Shown here piece by piece: positions 39,550 through 46,562 of a stretch of DNA of 46,562 nt. Under the pieces are notes generated by a model. That model was not told the origin of the DNA, searched no databases, and saw only the letters and a program-made list of their open reading frames with translations. The stretch is from Octopus bimaculoides (taxonomy: Eukaryota): NCBI RefSeq assembly GCF_001194135.2, contig NC_068989.1:50860890-50907451 (forward strand), written 5' to 3'. Each line of letters opens with the position of its first letter. The first letter of the stretch is position 1. A program made the position numbers and the translations under genes.

Positions 39550-40990
39550 AAACATTGTAGACTTACAGAACAAAATATAAAATTTTCACATATCGTATAA
39601 AGTAAATATATATATATATATATCGAAAAATTCAAAATAACTATAAATATATTATACGAAACATACTCTAAGGGCAGAAATTATCTGAAACGGTTTCAAA
39701 TTTAGCTTCGAACACTTTCACTTGTTTTATATGGATGATATCCTCAAGAAGAGATGCTTGTCACATAAATTCATTCACTGTGTACTAAAACACCAACGCC
39801 TTATGTTTATATAAATCAATTTTGATTGATGATATGTTCTATTTCTCATCTTGATGATACAAGTTTCATAATGACAAAGATTACCCAAATATTAGTGAGA
39901 TACTTTTTCATATTTGAGATGCCAGTTCCAAAGTAAGATTTATTACAAATTTACAGCCGTGGAAGATTACCTTATTGATTTAAAATATGTTGAAATTACT
40001 ACATGCTTGAACAGATGAGAAATTTTAAGTAGTATTCCGTTTTATACCTGTTTTATTATACGCAGATTTCCAGTTGATCATTTTAGAATCATGCCACTCG
40101 ATTCGAGACATCTTTATGACAAATATGTTTGATATACATTTTTCAGTCACCTCCTATTTATTTCAATAATTCTGCAGTGATGGGCGTTTCAGTTTCATTT
40201 TGATGTGCTTTAAAACAGGCAAGCGACAAATGTTTATCTATGTGGTTTTACACATATACAGCAAAATTCAGTCAGGTCTTACCAAGTGCTGGCGAACCAG
40301 AAATCCTGATAAATATGTTTCTGTAATAAACCTGTGGATGAAATACAGTATTGTGTGTCAATGAAACTCACAAGTTGCTTATTATGTAACATAACACGTA
40401 TTCAGATTTGCCTTGAAATAGACGATACATAATGAGAATGAATACCCTTAGACAAGTGATGGCTATGTACCAATTCTATAGACGGCCATGATGAATTACT
40501 GAAATGCATGCGTAAAGTTGTTCACCAATGCCATCTTCAATGCTGGCACCAATGAAAGTTCCAGCATACACATCTGCATCATCACTATCACAAATATCAA
40601 TTTCAAGAGACGCTATTTGCTGTCCATCTATTAAGTGCACCCTGTCCTATCGTTGACTGAATACTACTTCATCAAACAGCTGCATTGGAATTAAAGAAGG
40701 GAAATAAAGCAATAAACTGGAAAGTTAGTATGTAGGAAGGATAAAGAAAAGCGAGATGGAAGAAATGTAAAATAAGTTCATCAATCAAAATAACTGTATT
40801 CTTTGCCTTTCAGAATTGAAGAATTTTCTTTTTGAAGAGACAAATATGGATGAGTATTTAAGGTCGTCGAACAAACATTGTTCCTAGATTGAAATTCTTT
40901 GCTGTGAAATATTTTATCTTTCGATTAAATGAATTTTACCATTTCAAACATAGAGAGAACAACAAACAGGAAATTAGTTTTTGTAAAGTT
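39550..40990. repeat. Copy 2 of the diverged ~1.4 kb repeat, inverted relative to 32480-33820
   Basis: agtttcataatgacaaagatta, ggaagattaccttatt, gataaatatgtttctgtaat, atgtaccaattctata, gccatgatgaattactgaaat and tattctttgcctttcaga all match the reverse complement of copy 1 in order. Confidence 0.9.
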
Positions 40991-42145
40991 AATATCTACC
41001 AACTATTTCTTTCATAGGTAAATAATGGCATACACATATTCACACTCATTCAAACACAGAAACACAATCATACATAGATACACACACATACACACATGTC
41101 TACATGTATACATATGCAGGGTTATAAAGAGCGAGAGAAATAGAGAAATGAGATGAAGAAATTTATTTCAAGATTCGTATCGCTGTAATTCATACATATA
41201 ATAAGATAATAGGTGAAGAAATATTTGAGACGAGTGTCGCCTGGAATGGCAGCATGTTGTGTTATACAATTTAATTATATATGGCAGATTTATCTTATAT
41301 ACTTGTACGAAATAGCTTCAGCATTTCTTATCGTAATACCGAGTTCACTATGATGTCAGTTAAAAAGCTCGCATCCAGGACAAATCAGTTAATGTTTACC
41401 GAAGCTCATAACTGCACATTTGAAGACGCTCTAGAAACAAAAAAAATGCACATTAGTCATAAATGTTAGAGTGCAATTTCTCAGTGTTTCCATGATCAAA
41501 CAACTAAACATTTTAAAATGTTTCTTTTACTCTGGCGCGTATGTGCGAATGCATAGTATGTATGTATCGGAATATGTAAAAGGCAGAATATAAATGATGG
41601 TAAAGCAAAGGGGAGATGTTATAATAGTCAAAGAGACCCCCCGCCTCAATATGCCTATGGTAGTGCGCTTCTGATAGTATCCTGTCATATATTACTTGAT
41701 GGTCACTGACTAGCCTCGTTTTTTGAATGGAAAGTGCATTCAGCTGTACGTTGCTTAAGACTATCACCAGGTGCAACGTACATTTAGCAGAGTTCATTCT
41801 GTTGAAATATTTATGTAGCAATCACTACGCTGAATGTAGTGTTCTCGCAATGCGCTTAAACTCCATACACAAAAAGCATTGTTAACTCTGTTATGTCTTT
41901 CAATAGTTTTCCTGCATCTTCACATTACTATTGAGAGTGTGGATTTTACGTCACAAAGTTGGGTGCCAATCAGGCGACAAAACTTCCTTATATACATACT
42001 ACAAACATTGTATTCGTTGTTAACCAGGAGCGAAATGAATATTTCATTGTGCGGGATTTTGTTTGCAAGACAAACCTGTCAAATTCTTGCGAAGTTTAAA
42101 ACCTGTTTAGCAAATGGCTTAACGATTAGACATCTCTTATGTTCG

Positions 42146-42224
<79 letters not shown>

Positions 42225-42240
42225 GTCTGTCTGTCTGTCT
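42146..42240. repeat. (TCTA)n grading into (TCTG)n
   Basis: Direct sequence. Confidence 0.95.
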
Positions 42241-43229
42241 GTTTGTCTGGCTCTCTGTCTCTGTGTACATACACACACACATATATATGCAAACATACAC
42301 ACATATATACAAACATACGCACACACACATACCTATATATCTATGTATGTATAGATGAATAAAAATGTGTATGTTTGCGAATTTTCCGATTGTATATCTC
42401 TGTTTACATATTCTAACGATAAAGATGATATTTTTACATCCAATGTAATTGAAGATGGTATTCAATGTTATTAACCATGAATCATCCATCTGCATCAGGC
42501 CCGTTAGATTTACAAACTCACTCTATTGATTTTCTAATAAACAGCTGTCCACTTTTCAGTAATAAATAACAATGATTACTTATCTTCCTACATAATTTAC
42601 AGCTATGCTAATTTGACGAAATATTATTTATGAATAATAACGATTTCTTCCTCTGTCCGAACTCCATATTTTGCAAAGTGAAATGTATAAGAAGCAAGAT
42701 CGATGACAGTATGTTACTGGTACATATATTTATTCACTCATATGGGTGTAAGTACTTAATCAACCCCATGGGAATATAAAATTGGAAAAAGTTTCAATAA
42801 GCCGGCTGTTAAGATAAGATGTATGAAATCGTCTTCCTTACTCACGTGCGTAACCTGCTTTTCATTGGAACCATTTGCTATGATTCCAATCGTCATTAAC
42901 ATTATTGGTTGGACAAACACTTTCTGTGATAATGAAACTTCTGAAGTTGCTCGGATGAGTTTCCTTGTATTCTCGAGAGGAAGGCAAAATGTTTTACGAT
43001 ATATTGCAGTATATACAACTACAGAAACTAAGATTGATTGCAATGTTGTGTGTTTTCATAGGATTGAAATAAAAGATTTGTGGTGTATATGATCCAAAGA
43101 TCACACTAAGTCATTTCCCACTGAAATATGCCGTTCAATATGGTATGAAAGCCAACAGCACCGATGGGTGTTAGTGAAAGAATCGAAAACAGAATATTGA
43201 GAGTAAAGCAAGTTCGAGCATTTTAATTT

Positions 43230-43421
43230 AACTTCAAATCAACAAATATGGAGAACAAAAGCCGATTACATCAACCCCAATTCACAACTGGGAGTTATTT
43301 ACTGACCACGGAGTGACGAAACGCAAAATCGACCTCGGCACAATTTGAACTCAAACGTAAGATGTACTAAAGCCTGCTAAGCATTTTGCCCGGCGTGGTA
43401 ACCATTCCGGCCGCTCACTGT
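43230..43421 (-). mobile_element. Diverged SINE family A copy
   Basis: cgattacatcaacccc...cgacctcggcacaatttgaactca...gctaagcattttgcccggcgtggtaaccattccggccgctcactg parallels 24120-24283. Confidence 0.8.
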
Positions 43422-44442
43422 TTTGGTCTATACAAATACTGATTTCGTTAATAATAAATTCTGTAGTAATGTATCAGGGCTTTTATACTGCAATTAGTAT
43501 TAACACTCATGGAATAATAAGTTCAGAACACTATAGAAATTTTTAACGAATGATAACTTGGAGTTAACATTAAAAAAATTCTAGTTCGTAATTTACATGA
43601 GAATTTGATCGACCACATTGCATGACTCGTATATATTTTATAGATACTACCAACATTATCCCCAGCAAAAGCTCAACTCTCAATATAGCGCTATAGAAAT
43701 GAATATCAATTGGTTTCTGTACTGACTCTGCACTTTTCAATGTCCCATTTAGATTCGCAAATTCAAAACGAAAGCACAAAACAAGAAGTTGAAAAAATTT
43801 AAAAGTAGGACAATAAAACAAAAAATAAAACATAACAGATATAAGGAAAGCAATTTCGTTGTCAAATCCATTTTCAAATTATTGCAAACAATAATTAGGA
43901 TTCCGATCATGATGAAACAAAAATAGATAGTATTTGTGTGAACAAAAGGAGAAAAGGTACACAAAAAATCCCAAGAAAGAATTAAAAAATATATATAAAA
44001 TTTTACTTCATATATTATTCTGTTTGTTCCTTCCTCTACTTTATTTGTTTTTCCAGTTGTCAATAAAACCAAATCAGGTTTCGTGTTTATTCATATTTTA
44101 AACAAAGTAAGAAGGCTAGTGAAGTCTCGCATGGTAATAAGGATGTTTAATAATCCTCTTTTAATTCTAATATCGTTCTACTATAGTCGCGTAGGTAAGA
44201 CAACATTCATCTATTTGAAAAGACTGGCGCATTCGATCCCCACTAAATACAGAATATTTATCGAACGAAAGACATTTTTCCCGTAAAAAAATCTATTTAA
44301 ATGCGCATGACAGGTGGTGAATACATATACACACACATACATACACATATACTTATAAAAGTACATATACACACTCATATATATACATATATCGGGATTG
44401 TCATTTTTCTTGTTAATTTGCAAAACAAATACATAATAAACG

Positions 44443-44505
<63 letters not shown>

Positions 44506-44887
44506 CACATGTCTCAACATCGTCGGGTATTTCTCGTCCTCACGACTTGGAAGTTGATTGCTAACTGCTGATTGCTGACATCGCAAAAACCACCAGTAAA
44601 TAAATTGCACCGAAAAGGGCAACTTTAACCGTTGGCAAAAACTTGGTTCATTACATTTTTCTGAAATTCCGTGCGTAACGTTTGAATTTCCATTGTTACT
44701 GTCAAAATTACCTGTATACATACATGCATAAATACATACATACATGTATACATACATACCTACATAAATACATACATGTATACATACATACATAATTTCA
44801 TACATAGATATATGCATACCTACATACATACATAATACATATATACATAAATGCATGCAAACATACAAGCAAACATAAATATATGCG

Positions 44888-44949
<62 letters not shown>

Positions 44950-45474
44950 NNNNNNNNNNNNNNNNNNNNNNNNNNNNNNNNNNNNNNNNNNNNNNNNNNN
45001 NNNNNNNNNNNNNNNNNNNNNNNNNNNNNNNNNNNNNNNNNNNNNNNNNNNNNNNNNNNNNNNNNNNNNNNNNNNNNNNNNNNNNNNNNNNNNNNNNNNN
45101 NNNNNNNNNNNNNNNNNNNNNNNNNNNNNNNNNNNNNNNNNNNNNNNNNNNNNNNNNNNNNNNNNNNNNNNNNNNNNNNNNNNNNNNNNNNNNNNNNNNN
45201 NNNNNNNNNNNNNNNNNNNNNNNNNNNNNNNNNNNNNNNNNNNNNNNNNNNNNNNNNNNNNNNNNNNNNNNNNNNNNNNNNNNNNNNNNNNNNNNNNNNN
45301 NNNNNNNNNNNNNNNNNNNNNNNNNNNNNNNNNNNNNNNNNNNNNNNNNNNNNNNNNNNNNNNNNNNNNNNNNNNNNNNNNNNNNNNNNNNNNNNNNNNN
45401 NNNNNNNNNNNNNNNNNNNNNNNNNNNNNNNNNNNNNNNNNNNNNNNNNNNNNNNNNNNNNNNNNNNNNNNNNN

Positions 45475-45530
<56 letters not shown>

Positions 45531-45533
<3 letters not shown>

Positions 45534-45664
45534 GGGTCACTGTCTGGAATGAATTCAGAAATTTGGGGTTAGTAGCCCGCGCTCTTAACCACTGCGGCAC
45601 TGGCATATGGCGTAGTGGGATAGTTACCCCAAGATTCCGAGTTCAATTCCAGGCAGTGATCTGA

Positions 45665-45666
<2 letters not shown>
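45531..45666. mobile_element. Head-to-head dimer of short tRNA-like units flanked by (ATT)n and (AAT)n
   Basis: Left arm 45531-45597 (minus): gccgcagtggttaagagcgcgggctactaaccccaaatttctgaattcattccagacagtgacccgaa. Right arm 45608-45666 (plus): tggcgtagtgg...accccaagattccgagttcaattccaggcagtgatctgagt, with A box TGGCGTAGTGG and B box GAGTTCAATTCC. Confidence 0.85.
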
Positions 45667-45700
<34 letters not shown>

Positions 45701-45856
45701 TGAAGAAAATTTTAACTGGGCCCCACCTGCCAGGTCATGCACTGTCTATCTTGATATGAGATCACCATGTCGCGCACATATGGTTGTGATGCATGTGCCT
45801 GGTGCATGTGCCTAGTTTTCCATTATCAGACAGGTAGTCATGATGGGTATAATGCG

Positions 45857-46335
45857 TACGACCACAAACCTGAAGGCATCGTAGAAAATAGAAATGCAAA
45901 GATCCTATAGAATGTTATGATTCAGTGCGACCATAAGATAGAGAATAGTAAGCTGGACATAGGCTTAATTGAGAAAGAAAACAAACGATGCTGGATCATA
46001 GATTATAGCATGCCTAGCTGACAATCAGGTATGCAATAAGGAAGATAGAATAGTTGAAAGACATGACAGGTTAGCTTGGGAAGTTAAGCTGTTGTAATCG
46101 ATGAAAAAGGTAGCAGTATTAACAATAGTTGTTGGAGCCCTGGGAACAGTGAGTACACATCTCGAGAAGTACCTGGAACAAATAGGGGCTGCAATAAGGG
46201 TGGAGCACTTTCAGAAAACAACACTGCTTGGAACCGCTCGAATACTTCGGAAGGTGCTCAAAAGTTAGGGGTTTCACCTCAGTTCACTGGTAGCAAACAG
46301 CTGACACTGTAGCACATCTCCAACGTTAGAAGCTG
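45857..46335 (+). mobile_element. 5'-truncated decayed RLE-type LINE, copy C; stop at 46266-46268; (GAT)n/(AAT)n tail to about 46468
   Basis: YDHKPEGIVENRNAKIL*NVMIQCDHKIENSKLDIGLIEKENKRCWIID, then IVVGALGTVSTHLEKYLEQIGAAIRVEHFQKTTLLGTARILRKVL. Confidence 0.92.
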
Positions 46336-46387
46336 TGCAAAGGCAATAATAACAATAGTAGTTATGATGATGATGATGATGATGAGG

Positions 46388-46454
<67 letters not shown>

Positions 46455-46519
46455 TAATAATAACAACAACATCGAAAAATACCTTAGGAATGAGAACACA
46501 GGTTCGAAATTTTCCCAAC

Positions 46520-46562
46520 ACACCTGATGAAGACTGCAGGGTATATCAGCCGAAACGTTGTT
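46520..46562 (+). ncRNA. Minimal type I hammerhead ribozyme motif, cut by the window end
   Basis: acac-CTGATGA(46524-46530)-a-gactg-cagggtatat-cagcc-GAAA-cGTT-gtt. Stem II 4 of 5 pairs; loop-less stem III inside the palindrome AACGTT; only 2 stem I pairs visible. Confidence 0.62.

Noticed and set aside
41513-42358. 102-aa (minus) and 159-aa (plus) ORFs
   Set aside because: Extended by simple repeats; the unique parts match nothing I recognise.
42756-43092. Overlapping 95-aa and 89-aa ORFs on opposite strands with a gtgagt donor-like site
   Set aside because: No recognisable domain; length is within chance expectation.
45531-45666. Functional tRNA genes
   Set aside because: No proper acceptor stem; the left B box is damaged, the right arm has a deletion, and both end in AAT tails.
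45701-45856. GC-richer segment between the AAT tract and LINE copy C as a separate named element
   Set aside because: Probably a LINE UTR fragment, but family and orientation cannot be fixed from this window.

Overview
AT-rich eukaryotic draft-assembly window with 18 N-gaps (largest 13829-14808), most abutting microsatellites. The repeat content resembles Octopus/coleoid cephalopod DNA (from recall, not a database search). No host protein-coding gene can be supported: nearly all supplied ORFs come from microsatellites or gaps. Identifiable content: two decayed mariner transposons (15281-16346, 22232-23439); four fragments of RLE-type (R4/Dong-like) non-LTR retrotransposons, three ending in (AAT)n tails; about a dozen copies of three tRNA-derived SINE families; a diverged ~1.4 kb inverted repeat pair (32480-33820 / 39550-40990); a foldback structure (20423-21184); and many microsatellites. 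Most notable: three minimal type I hammerhead-ribozyme motifs from unrelated repeats (20589-20657 -, 25700-25747 -, 46520-46562 +) plus a degenerate fourth (7995-8107 -), and a head-to-head palindromic tRNA-like dimer (45531-45666). The dimer may be joined through an (AAT)n linker, later interrupted by LINE material, to the hammerhead at the window end.
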